Notes: generated from the letters alone by a model not told the origin. 64,000 bases of DNA from Syntrophales bacterium (GCA_963666365.2 CAXXNF010000002.1:2048001-2112000); one strand, 5' to 3'. Positions 27,539 to 37,009 are shown, counted from the stretch's first letter. Numbers and translations are program-made.

Positions 27539-29206
27539 CTATCCCTCGCTGCGCTTTTTAGCTATCTCCTCTTCCCTCAACGCTTTCCTCAATATCTTGC
27601 CGACAGCCGACTCCGGAAGGCTTTCGCGAAATTCGACAATTTTAGGTACCTTGTAGGCAACCAGTTTTTCTTTGCAAAAGGCAACTATCTCTTCTTCCGA
27701 AATCATCTCGCCATCTTTGGGAACAATAAATGCTTTGACTGTTTCGCCTCGATACTCATCGGGGATGCCTACCGCCACGGCGTCCTTTACTTTCGGATGG
27801 CGGTGCAGGATTTCATCGATTTCCCGGGGATAGATATTGTAGCCGCCTGCGATAATCATATCTTTCTTTCGATCCACGATATACACATACCCGTCTTCGT
27901 CTCTGACCGCCACATCTCCCGTATGGAGCCACCCGTCTCGTATTTGTTTTTCCGTCTCTTCGCTGTTATTCCAAAAGCCTTTCGTCACATTGGGCCCGCG
28001 AAACAGTATCTCTCCCGGCTCGCCATCGGGCACGTCCTCGGCGCCTTCCTCAAGATCCACCAGACGAGCATCCATACCGGGCGCCGGAATACCCACACTC
28101 CCTGGTTTCCTCGGGCCAATGATGGGAGTCGTATGACCCATCGCGGCCGTTTCCGTCATACCGGCGCCTTCCAGGAAGTATAAGCCCATATCATCTATCT
28201 TCTCTATCAACGATACCGGCAGAGGCGCCCCTCCCGAAGCGAGAATACCGATTTTCTTTCCCAACTGCAATTCACCGGCCCGCCTGTGATTGAGAATGGC
28301 GGTGATCATCGTGGGCACGGCCGGAAAGTACGTAATTTCATTGAATCGGGAAATAATGTCCATGGTTTCGTCTACCTGGAATCGTGGAACCAAGATTTGC
28401 GTGTGCGCCCCAAAGATCGACATAACCAATACCAGGTTTCCAAATACATGAAACAGGGGAAGGCTGAGGAACGTGCTGCGTTTTTCAATGGGAACGTATT
28501 GGGTGATCGGCGTTATCCAGAGGGCAAATTGAAGTGTCGCAGCCACTATGTTGCCGTGTGTAAGAATTGCGCCTTTCGGCACCCCCGTCGTTCCACCCGT
28601 AAATTGGATCACCGCGGGATCTTCGGATGACACCATTACCCGTGGACGAATTTCTTTATTGGATTCCTGAAGCAACTGCATGAAATCATACCAGTCTTTT
28701 TCTGAATCATAGGAACCCTTACGTCCCTCTTTGCCCCAGGAAACATCGTTTATATCGGTGATAATGACCCTCATGCCGGGTATATCAGTACATAGCTTTG
28801 TGACGTTGGAAAGCGCGGTATCGACCGTAATAAGCGTTTTCAGACCCGTCGTGAGCACTATCTCCTTCATTTCGTCGACGGTGTACAGCGGATTGATATT
28901 CACCACGATCGCACCCAGTGAAAGCGTCGCGAAATAGGCGATGATATAATGAGGGGACGTGGGAAGGTGAATCCCTACCCGTGATCCCTGCCGTACCCCC
29001 TTTTGTGCCAGCACCCCGGCAAATCGAAATACCAGTCTGCGCAGCTCCCAGAAGGTTGTTTTATGCTCGCCGAATATGAAAGCCGCCTTGTCGGGGCAGG
29101 CGTTTGCAGGGATCTGCAAAAGGTCGTGAACGGCAATACGGGGAATTCGAATGGAAGCAGGTACACAATAATCGTAATGACGATACCATGGTCTTTCATA
29201 ACTCAT
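27539..29206 (-). CDS. Long-chain-fatty-acid--CoA ligase family (copy 2)
   Basis: DPAVIQFTGGTTGVPKGA, GMTET, GWLHTGD, DRKKDMIIAGG, SAVGKILRK. Confidence 0.93.
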   Translation of the reverse strand: MSYERPWYRHYDYCVPASIRIPRIAVHDLLQIPANACPDKAAFIFGEHKTTFWELRRLVFRFAGVLAQKGVRQGSRVGIHLPTSPHYIIAYFATLSLGAIVVNINPLYTVDEMKEIVLTTGLKTLITVDTALSNVTKLCTDIPGMRVIITDINDVSWGKEGRKGSYDSEKDWYDFMQLLQESNKEIRPRVMVSSEDPAVIQFTGGTTGVPKGAILTHGNIVAATLQFALWITPITQYVPIEKRSTFLSLPLFHVFGNLVLVMSIFGAHTQILVPRFQVDETMDIISRFNEITYFPAVPTMITAILNHRRAGELQLGKKIGILASGGAPLPVSLIEKIDDMGLYFLEGAGMTETAAMGHTTPIIGPRKPGSVGIPAPGMDARLVDLEEGAEDVPDGEPGEILFRGPNVTKGFWNNSEETEKQIRDGWLHTGDVAVRDEDGYVYIVDRKKDMIIAGGYNIYPREIDEILHRHPKVKDAVAVGIPDEYRGETVKAFIVPKDGEMISEEEIVAFCKEKLVAYKVPKIVEFRESLPESAVGKILRKALREEEIAKKRSEG

Positions 29207-29607
29207 ATCACAATTGCTCCTTAAAAAATCGTCTATCCCCGCACTACAACATATTGCACGTGAGCCTATTTAGTGAAATAATTCCTTCTCCGTTGCGAAT
29301 GCGGGAATGTAAAGGTTATTAATGGAAATTATTCGAAAAAATAAATTTTCTCGATTTATTTCGTGGACATGGTAGATTGAAAAATAGATAAATGAAATAA
29401 TAATATATTTATTATACATTCAGTATAATATTTAATAACTTTTCAGATTTTAATTCGGTTTGGAATGACAAGCTTTTTCAGGGTGAGATTTATCCTCATT
29501 AGGTTTTCAATGACCTTGCCTGGAAATGAAGAGGATGTAAGTGAAAAAACCTTGGTGAGCAGAGGCGGTAAGGATGGGATTATTTTTTGCTAATCCAAAT
29601 AAATACC

Positions 29608-29636
29608 TTGACATTCTCCCGCGCATACGATAGGGT
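29608..29636 (+). promoter_or_regulatory. sigma70-type promoter of csp
   Basis: TTGACA-17 nt-TAGGGT. Confidence 0.55.
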
Positions 29637-29679
29637 CCGAAATGAAAGTAGGATAGAGACATTATGAAGTGCGATAACC

Positions 29680-29718
29680 AGCCGCCATGTCCTTACTGAA
29701 CGCATGGCGGCTTTTTTT
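29680..29718 (+). terminator. Terminator-like hairpin within csp leader (possible attenuator)
   Basis: AGCCGCCATG/CATGGCGGCT stem plus T-tract, between promoter and csp RBS. Confidence 0.6.
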
Positions 29719-29775
29719 ATGTCTTTCACGATGGCAATCCGACTTTGAAATATGCAAGAAAGGAGGATACCAGCG

Positions 29776-29976
29776 ATGTCAGAAGGAACAGTAAAATGGT
29801 TCAACGAGCGAAAAGGTTTCGGGTTCATTGAAATGGACGGCGGGAACGATATTTTCGTTCATCACAGCGCGATCAGAGCCGAGGGGTTCAGAACCCTGAA
29901 CGAGGGTCAGCGCGTGCGTTTCGATATCCAGCAGGGCCAGAAGGGTCCGGCTGCCGATAACGTCACAACCCTGTAA
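29776..29976 (+). CDS. Cold-shock protein (CspA family)
   Basis: [38 protein letters not shown] before ATG 29776. Confidence 0.95.
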   Translation: MSEGTVKWFNERKGFGFIEMDGGNDIFVHHSAIRAEGFRTLNEGQRVRFDIQQGQKGPAADNVTTL

Positions 29977-30069
29977 AAAAAGCCTAAATGAGCCCCCGAC
30001 GCAACCGGCAATCAGCCGGCTGTGCCGGGGGTATCGTTTTTCAGGTTCATCTATCTCATGTCACCGAGC

Positions 30070-31281
30070 CTATCCCATGGGATAATAGCCGTTGGCCACC
30101 TCGATACGGCCCAACTGGCCGCCGCCCTCCCAGATTTGTATAATTTTGAAGTCCCTGAGATATTTCTCCACGTGGTATTCCTTGATGTAGCCGTAGGCGC
30201 CCATCAGTTCCATGCCTTTGTTGCAGACCATTTCCGTCACATCGCAGGCGTAGACCTTGGACCCCGTCGCCTTTCCCATGAGGTAGCTGTCGCCGGGATC
30301 GCCGAATTCATCGCGCTTGTCGAACATGGAGGCAACGCTTAAATAATAGGCCCGGGCGCTCTCTATCCCCATGGCCATGTCAGCGATCATGGCCGCCTGC
30401 AGCGTGTGCTCCCTCACCGATTTCCCTTTGTAGAAGCGATTCGCCGTATAGTCGATGACACTTTCCAGCACGGCCTGGGCATTGCCTATGGCGAAACCGG
30501 ATGAACTGAGGCGCCCCCAGGACAAGGCCCCCCGAAAGAGACGCCAGTCCTCGCCGGGTCCCGCCGCACGGTATTCTTTGGGTACCCGCACATTATCAAA
30601 ATAGATATCGGCATTGACATCGCTGAATCTCATACCCAGCTTGTTTTCCGGCTTGCCGAAGGTCAGGCCGGGGAGCCCGTCGGGCACATAGATGAGTGCA
30701 ACCCCCTCTTCTCCCAATTCGGGATCGGTGGTGCAGAGCACGCCGTAAATTTCGGCGATGCCGGCGCCGCCGGGCCACCGTTTCGCTCCGTTTATCACCC
30801 ATTCGTCGCCATCGAGTTTGGCCGTGGTCCGCAATGACATGCCGTGCTGCGTGGGATCCTCGCCGTTGCATCCCCCGCCCGTTTCAGTCAGGGCAAAGCA
30901 GGCGGTGTGCCGTTCGTCGGAACAGAAAGGCGCCATGAATTTTTCGAGGACTGTCTTATTGCGCCCCCTCATGGCAGGACCGAAGAGCCATTCCGGACAG
31001 GTCATTTCCGTGGCGATGCCGGAATCGCCGCGGGCAAGTTCCTCGCAGACCGCGCAGTACTCGGCTGCAGAGCCTATGGGCACCCCCCCGTACTTGGGAG
31101 AAAGGCCGTATTTCTGCATCCCCAGATCGACCAGTTTTTTGATCACTTTTTCGCAGGCCTCACGGCTCTCGTCAAGCTCGAGTCTGACCGGCATGATTTC
31201 CTTGTCGACAAAATTTCTCACATTCTGCAGCAAGGTTTTGCTCTCATCACTGATAAACGTCCCGTACCGTTTCATAGGCAT
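30070..31281 (-). CDS. Acyl-CoA dehydrogenase
   Basis: EELARGD, FALTE, INGAKRW, KLGMR, GAYGY..EY.VEKYLRD, IWEG. Confidence 0.92.
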   Translation of the reverse strand: MPMKRYGTFISDESKTLLQNVRNFVDKEIMPVRLELDESREACEKVIKKLVDLGMQKYGLSPKYGGVPIGSAAEYCAVCEELARGDSGIATEMTCPEWLFGPAMRGRNKTVLEKFMAPFCSDERHTACFALTETGGGCNGEDPTQHGMSLRTTAKLDGDEWVINGAKRWPGGAGIAEIYGVLCTTDPELGEEGVALIYVPDGLPGLTFGKPENKLGMRFSDVNADIYFDNVRVPKEYRAAGPGEDWRLFRGALSWGRLSSSGFAIGNAQAVLESVIDYTANRFYKGKSVREHTLQAAMIADMAMGIESARAYYLSVASMFDKRDEFGDPGDSYLMGKATGSKVYACDVTEMVCNKGMELMGAYGYIKEYHVEKYLRDFKIIQIWEGGGQLGRIEVANGYYPMG

Positions 31282-31565
31282 TCCCTCCTTCTGTTTGTAT
31301 ATACTATGAATATTCGGGGTGTCCTCTTGTAAACCTGAATACCTGGTACGTAGGGAGCAGGGCCAGGTTATTGTTCGGCAAGGAGAAAGAACAGAGGTTA
31401 ATATTTTTCAACTATAGGAAGCAACCGTCAACCTGTCAAGGATATTGAAAAGTATGGCCGAATTTTCTTTCCACAGGGACGAGCATACAAATATATTGAC
31501 AAACAAAACTCGATACGCGAAGAATGTTTCGCAACAGAAATAAATGGAAGGAATAGCACCATTCA

Positions 31566-32357
31566 ATGTTTCGGGAAAAGTATCAATCCAAACTGAAAAC
31601 CATAGGCGCCGTTGCCATCCCCTCCAGATATAAAGGCCCGCCGGACATCGCCAACGGCGGGTATGTCTGCAGTCTCTTTGCCGAATACATCGACGGCGTC
31701 ATCGACGTCATGATCAAACGCCCCACGCCGCTTGACCGGGAACTGCACATGTGCACAGACGGCGATGGAGTTCATTATCTGATGGACGGCGATCAGATGA
31801 TCATACAGGCCAGGCCGGGCGTCCTGGATCTCCCGGCGCCGAATGCCCCGGGGTATAAAGAAGCCCTCCGGGCCTCAAAAACGTCCCTTGCGCTGAAACC
31901 GACACCTTATGCCCACGTGACCGGACGCGGTATCCATCCCATCTGTTTTTGCTGTGGCGCCGATGTGCCGGATGGGGAAGGCCTCAAGATTCACCCCGGC
32001 CATGTCCCGGGAACCAATATGGTTGCCGCCCCCTGGACACCGGCACGTAAGTATGGCGACGAGTCAGGGTATGTCCGGCCGGAATTTATCTGGACGGCGC
32101 TGGACTGCCCGGGGGCCTATGCGCTCTGGGAGCTGACTGATAGGAAACCCGGTTTTTTAGGCAGGTTGATCGGCCACATCGAAAGGCCCCTGCGCTGCGA
32201 CGAGCCCTCTGTGGTCGCCGCCTGGCCCACCGGGAGCGATGGAAGGAAATTATACACCGGAACGGCCCTGTTCGATGCGAAGGGACAGATCGTCGGCCGA
32301 TCGCTGGCGACCTGGTTTCTCATGCCGCCGGAAATGATGCAGTTAATTGCGAGCTGA
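31566..32357 (+). CDS. Double hotdog-fold protein (thioesterase-like)
   Basis: GPP..ANGGY, CFCCG, WTALDCPG, GRK. Confidence 0.7.
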   Translation: MFREKYQSKLKTIGAVAIPSRYKGPPDIANGGYVCSLFAEYIDGVIDVMIKRPTPLDRELHMCTDGDGVHYLMDGDQMIIQARPGVLDLPAPNAPGYKEALRASKTSLALKPTPYAHVTGRGIHPICFCCGADVPDGEGLKIHPGHVPGTNMVAAPWTPARKYGDESGYVRPEFIWTALDCPGAYALWELTDRKPGFLGRLIGHIERPLRCDEPSVVAAWPTGSDGRKLYTGTALFDAKGQIVGRSLATWFLMPPEMMQLIAS

Positions 32358-32405
32358 TGGGTCATGTCGTATACGTGTTATAAGGCTTAGGGAATCCTGT
32401 TAACG

Positions 32406-32536
32406 GAGACCGTTGCAGAACCTCATAAAATCAACAATTTCGTCATACCGGCGAAGGCCGCTATCCAGTTTTTCAAGCACTTTCTGGATTCCGGGTCAAG
32501 CCTGGAGTGACTGAAAAGGGAACTATGCCAGGTCTC
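32406..32536. mobile_element. MITE-like element containing a CGTC-type REP doublet
   Basis: Termini GAGACC(gttgca)/(tgcca)GGTCTC. Internal CGTCATACCGGCGAAGGCCGCTATCCAG...CTGGATTCCGGGTCAAGCCTGGAGTGAC (32441-32511). Confidence 0.55.
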
Positions 32537-32570
32537 TAATGGGCTTTCGCCCGTCGAGAAAGGATACATC

Positions 32571-34055
32571 GTGGAAATCATCCTTGCAGGCGTCAATATC
32601 GACTGGAACACATTGAAGGAGCTTGAAAAGGGGAACGCTCCTGTCCAGGACAATAATCTGACCCCGGAAACGATCTCGGCGGCCTATGCACGTATCAGCC
32701 GCAATCCCCGTCCTGTGAACGAACTGCGTGAAATCGCCCGGCGGGAGGTTGAAAAGGCCCGAAAGTCCAACCAGTCCATCGTCTTCGATATGGGACACAG
32801 TTCCATCGCCGAGCACGCCGTCTTCAATGTGGACATCCTCGGCGTCTCACGCCTGATTGTGGAAGAAATCGAAAAGTTCCGCCTTGCCTCCTATACGGAA
32901 AAATCACAGCGCTATATTCGCCTTGAGGACGATTTTGTCATTCCCGAAGAAATCAGGAACTCCGATCTTGAGGATCAGTTCGTTGCAGTCATTCGCGAAC
33001 AGAACGCCCTCTACCACCGTCTCTACAAGGCGCTGCGGGCAAAGGTGTTTGAAATACATAAAGAACTCGCACTCGAAAACGCGAATGCATCCATGCTTGA
33101 GGGGTGGGCAAAAGAGGACGCCCGGTATATTGTGTCGCTGGCGACGGAAACACAGCTGGGAATGACGGCGAATGCGCGCACGCTGGAACTGATGCTGCGG
33201 CGCATGGCATCACACCCGCTTCACGAGGTTAACGAATTCGGCATAAGACTTTACGATGCCATAAAGACTGTCGCCCCCTCGCTGATCCGCTATACCGAGG
33301 CGACGGCCTTCGACCGCGACACACGATCCGATCTTACGCATGCGGCACGTCATATAATGGAAACGCACCGTCAAAAGGCCGCCCCACCGGAAATGGCGCC
33401 GGGCGCAGATGAATCCGTCGCGCTCATCGATGCAACGCCGGACGGCGATGAACGCATTGTCGGGTCTCTTCTTCATTCCGCATCACATTGTTCCCTTGCA
33501 GAATGTCGCCGCCTTACCGGAATGTTGACGCCCGAAGAAAAGGAAGCGATCGTCAAAACCGCCTGTCGGCGCATGGCCTCTTATGATGCCCCGCTGCGGG
33601 AATTCGAGGCAGCGGATCTGACCTTTGAGGCGACCATCAGTGCCTCCTGTTTCGCCCAGATGAAGCGCCATCGCATGGCTACCATTATAAGCCAACACTA
33701 CGATCCCGACCTTGGCGTGACGCTCCCCCCCATGATTCGCGAGGCGGGAATGGAGAAACCTTTCATGGAGGTGATCGCCCGTACCGAGGTGCTGTATCGT
33801 CGAATTGTCCGCCACTCTCCCCAGGCGGCGCCCTATATTCTCACAAACGCCCACCGGAAACGGGTGCTTATCAAGGTCAACGTCAGAGAACTCTACCACA
33901 TATCCCGGCTGCGGGAAGACAGCCACGCCCAGTGGGATATCAGAGAAACGGCGGAAAAGATGGTGCGTCTGGGGAAATCTGCAATGCCCGTTGCCCTCGC
34001 GTTCGCCTGCGGGAAGGATGTCTTTGCAAACATTCAAGAAGAGATGCTTTCCTGA
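32571..34055 (+). CDS. thyX: FAD-dependent thymidylate synthase, tandem two-domain form
   Basis: GHSSIAEH, ASYTEKSQRY, EDARY in domain 1; KRHR, N.REL.H..RLR...HAQWDIR in domain 2. Confidence 0.88.
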   Translation: MEIILAGVNIDWNTLKELEKGNAPVQDNNLTPETISAAYARISRNPRPVNELREIARREVEKARKSNQSIVFDMGHSSIAEHAVFNVDILGVSRLIVEEIEKFRLASYTEKSQRYIRLEDDFVIPEEIRNSDLEDQFVAVIREQNALYHRLYKALRAKVFEIHKELALENANASMLEGWAKEDARYIVSLATETQLGMTANARTLELMLRRMASHPLHEVNEFGIRLYDAIKTVAPSLIRYTEATAFDRDTRSDLTHAARHIMETHRQKAAPPEMAPGADESVALIDATPDGDERIVGSLLHSASHCSLAECRRLTGMLTPEEKEAIVKTACRRMASYDAPLREFEAADLTFEATISASCFAQMKRHRMATIISQHYDPDLGVTLPPMIREAGMEKPFMEVIARTEVLYRRIVRHSPQAAPYILTNAHRKRVLIKVNVRELYHISRLREDSHAQWDIRETAEKMVRLGKSAMPVALAFACGKDVFANIQEEMLS

Positions 34056-34068
34056 AAAAAATCGTCCT

Positions 34069-35346
34069 ATGGTTCAATATAACTGGCTGCTTAACGCATT
34101 TCTGATATTTTTTCTCGCTGCCGCGAGCGTTCGGCTCCTCCTATCATGGCTCAATCTCAAAAATCTGAAAACAAAGGGACATCATGTACCCCACCACATG
34201 GCCGGCGAGATCGACGAGGCAACCCTGGCGCGAATGACCGAATATACGGTGGATTCCTCCCGTTTTGGCATCGTGGGCTCGCTTTTTGACGACGGACTTT
34301 TGCTTTTCATACTTTTAAGCGGCATTCTTCCATGGTACGGGAACATCATATGGGCACTCGATTTTCCTTTCATTATTACCTCGATTCTCTTTCTCGCCGG
34401 CTATGGGGCGGTGGAGTGGATCTTCGGAATCCCTTTCGATCTCTACCGAACCTTTGTCATCGAAAAAAAACATGGTTTCAGCACGATTACACTCACACTC
34501 TGGATCGCAGACCTGCTCAAGGGCATGGTGATTTCTATCGTTCTTCTGGGAATTCTTCTCTCAGCCTTCTTTGCCCTCATGAAAGGCGCACCCCGCACCT
34601 GGTGGTTCTGGTCCTGGCTGCTCTTCGCATCGTTCCAACTCGTGGTGCTCTGGCTGTATCCCGTCCTGATCGCCCCACTCTTCAACACATACAAGCCGGT
34701 GGCAGACGAAGCCCTGCGCGATAAAATCATCGCCCTCATGGCAAAGGCAGGACTTGCCACAAAGGCGGTACTTCAGGTCGATGAAGGAAAGCGGAGCCGT
34801 CACTCCAACGCCTATTTCACCGGCCTGGGCAAAACAAAACGCATCGTCCTCTATGACACCCTCCTCTCGTCGCACGACGAGAACGAGATTCTTGCGGTCC
34901 TGGCTCACGAAATCGGCCACTGGAAAAAACGGCATATCATGAAGCAGCTTCTGTTCATGGAAACGGCTTCTCTTATCCTGTTCTATCTCGTCTACCGCAT
35001 CATTGAGTGGCCTTTTCTCTACCGGACTTTCGGCTTCGACCAGACCCTCCCCTATGCGGGGCTCATTCTTTTGTCGGCCTTGGCCGCACCGCCGGCCTTT
35101 TTTCTTTCTCCCCTCCTTTCTTTCATTTCCAGAAAATATGAACGCGAAGCCGACGAATACTCGAATTTTCTTATGGGATCGACAAGGGCGCTTATCAGCA
35201 CAATGAAAGGGCTTGCAAAGGATAATCTCAGTAATCTCCACCCACACCCACTGTACGCCTGGTTTTATTACTCCCATCCTCCCCTGACGGACCGGATCGC
35301 CTCTCTTGAAGCCATGGACGGCAGTCATGCACGTAGAGAACAATAA
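34069..35346 (+). CDS. M48 family (Ste24-like) zinc metalloprotease
   Basis: NAYFTG.GK.KRIVLYDTL, HEIGH, E.EAD, YSHPP...RI. Start moved to ATG 34069. Confidence 0.92.
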   Translation: MVQYNWLLNAFLIFFLAAASVRLLLSWLNLKNLKTKGHHVPHHMAGEIDEATLARMTEYTVDSSRFGIVGSLFDDGLLLFILLSGILPWYGNIIWALDFPFIITSILFLAGYGAVEWIFGIPFDLYRTFVIEKKHGFSTITLTLWIADLLKGMVISIVLLGILLSAFFALMKGAPRTWWFWSWLLFASFQLVVLWLYPVLIAPLFNTYKPVADEALRDKIIALMAKAGLATKAVLQVDEGKRSRHSNAYFTGLGKTKRIVLYDTLLSSHDENEILAVLAHEIGHWKKRHIMKQLLFMETASLILFYLVYRIIEWPFLYRTFGFDQTLPYAGLILLSALAAPPAFFLSPLLSFISRKYEREADEYSNFLMGSTRALISTMKGLAKDNLSNLHPHPLYAWFYYSHPPLTDRIASLEAMDGSHARREQ

Positions 35347-35477
35347 AAACTGCTGTTCACCCGGCAAGAAGGAATTGATTTTATTGTCGCAAATGGTATA
35401 GAAGGAAGTCCAGGATTCAAGGTCTCCAGAAAGAAGAAACACTTGACCCTTGATAAAATGTTTTTAGAGGTAGTCCC

Positions 35478-35969
35478 ATGCCTATTTACGAGTTTTATTG
35501 CACTCGATGCAATACCGTCTACAATTTTTTTTCCAAGACGGTAAATACGGAAAAAATCCCTTTTTGCCCGCGCTGCAAGGAAGTGATCCTCGAACGTCAG
35601 ATGTCGATTTTCTCCACCATATCTGCAGACCGTCAGGAATCGGAGGATGACGATCTTCCGCCCATCGACGATGCGCGCATGGAAAAAGCCATGGAAATAC
35701 TGGCACGAGAGGCCGATCACATCGATGAGAACGACCCCCGCCAGGCCGCTCGGATGATGCGACGACTCGCCGAATCTACGGGACTCAATCTCAACGATGA
35801 GATGGAAGAGGCCCTGAGCCGTATGGAGCGAGGAGATGATCCGGAAAAGATAGAAGAAGAAATGGGCGATGTCTTCGGTGATGAGATCCCCTTTTCCTTC
35901 GATACGAAGACAAAGGGCAAATCGATAAAAAAGAAGCCCCGGATCGACGAGACGCTTTACGATCTGTAA
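35478..35969 (+). CDS. FmdB-family zinc-ribbon protein with acidic C-terminal extension
   Basis: MPIYEFYC..C...CP.C. Confidence 0.85.
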   Translation: MPIYEFYCTRCNTVYNFFSKTVNTEKIPFCPRCKEVILERQMSIFSTISADRQESEDDDLPPIDDARMEKAMEILAREADHIDENDPRQAARMMRRLAESTGLNLNDEMEEALSRMERGDDPEKIEEEMGDVFGDEIPFSFDTKTKGKSIKKKPRIDETLYDL

Positions 35970-36018
35970 GGTAATTTCTTTTTACTGCATGCCTCAAAAG
36001 GCGTGAGATGGGAAATCC

Positions 36019-36804
36019 ATGAAACGTAACCTGCGGACCATAGTAACAATTCTTTTTTTAATCGCCATGCTGGCCGGGTGTGCATCGGTTCCTCACAATT
36101 CACTTATGCAGGTTTCTACCATCGGCGCCCTCCTCGACGGCGATTACACCGGCCACATAACCTGCGGGGAGCTTCTTGAATCGGGCGACTTCGGCCTGGG
36201 CACCTTCGAAAAACTTGATGGCGAAATGGTCGTTCTTGACGGCGTGGTCTATCAGATCAAGGCTGACGGCCGGGTCTACCGTCCGGACAAAGACGTCACG
36301 ACTCCCTTTGCCGTGGTTACTCCCTTTCAGACCGATCATGTGATCGGCCTCTCCAAAACAACCGACTATGCCGGGATACAAAAAATCATTGACTGTGAAT
36401 CGCCCGATAAGGGAATATTTCTCGCCGTCAAAATAACGGGTCGCTTTCCTTTCATGAAAACCCGCAGCGTTCCCGCCCAGGTACACCCCTATCCCCGCCT
36501 GGTGGAGGTGGTAAAGCACCAGTCCATCTTTGAGTTGAAAGACGTTTCAGGAACCGTCGTGGGCTTCCGGTCGCCCCCGTATGTTAAGGGAGGAATCAAT
36601 GTGCCCGGATACCATCTTCACTTTTTATCCGACGACAAAACCGCAGGGGGGCATATTCTGGAGTTTGAAATCACCGAAGGCACAATCGAACTTGATTACT
36701 GCAATCGCTTTACCATGGTAATCCCCGAGGGCGCCCTGGTGGAAGGTCGCCCCGGTTCCTCCGGCATGAGAGGCTCAGACGAACTCGAAAAAGTCGAAAA
36801 ATAG
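36019..36804 (+). CDS. budA: Alpha-acetolactate decarboxylase with lipoprotein signal
   Basis: QVSTI.AL..G.Y, GDFGLGTF..LDGE, TRSVP, GYHLHF....GGH; lipobox LAGC. Confidence 0.88.
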   Translation: MKRNLRTIVTILFLIAMLAGCASVPHNSLMQVSTIGALLDGDYTGHITCGELLESGDFGLGTFEKLDGEMVVLDGVVYQIKADGRVYRPDKDVTTPFAVVTPFQTDHVIGLSKTTDYAGIQKIIDCESPDKGIFLAVKITGRFPFMKTRSVPAQVHPYPRLVEVVKHQSIFELKDVSGTVVGFRSPPYVKGGINVPGYHLHFLSDDKTAGGHILEFEITEGTIELDYCNRFTMVIPEGALVEGRPGSSGMRGSDELEKVEK

Positions 36805-36805
36805 A

Positions 36806-36914
36806 AAAATAGGGACACTTCCCTATTTAATGAAAAGCGTTAAGAACGCTTTGACACAACGATCTCAACGTTACTAACGATCCTAACGTTTAAATAGGGA
36901 AGTGTCCCTATTTT
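36806..36914. repeat. REP-like element with perfect 25-bp inverted arms
   Basis: AAAATAGGGACACTTCCCTATTTAA (36806-36830) and its exact reverse complement (36890-36914). Confidence 0.85.
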
Positions 36915-36921
36915 ATTCCAC

Positions 36922-36961
36922 ATTTAACAATACTGTCACGAAGTTGTCATCATACTGTCAC
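36922..36961 (+). promoter_or_regulatory. Pho box (PhoB direct repeats)
   Basis: ATTTAAC, CTGTCAC, TTGTCAT, CTGTCAC at 36922/36933/36944/36955 (11-bp period), directly upstream of pstS. Confidence 0.88.
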
Positions 36962-37009
36962 ACAGAAGGTGTAGGGTTGCAGACATAAAAAATCCTCGGA
37001 GGGTTTACC

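Noticed and set aside
24477..29600. Prophage or integrative element explanation for the AT-rich module
   Set aside because: No integrase, tRNA target or flanking direct repeats were seen
34561..35442. Long antisense ORFs (also 8492-9280, 49862-50620, 55293-56168 and others)
   Set aside because: Shadow frames of well-supported genes on the other strand, with no recognisable motifs
36858..36893. Short tandem units as a possible CRISPR remnant
   Set aside because: Units are 9 bp with no spacers, and there are no cas genes
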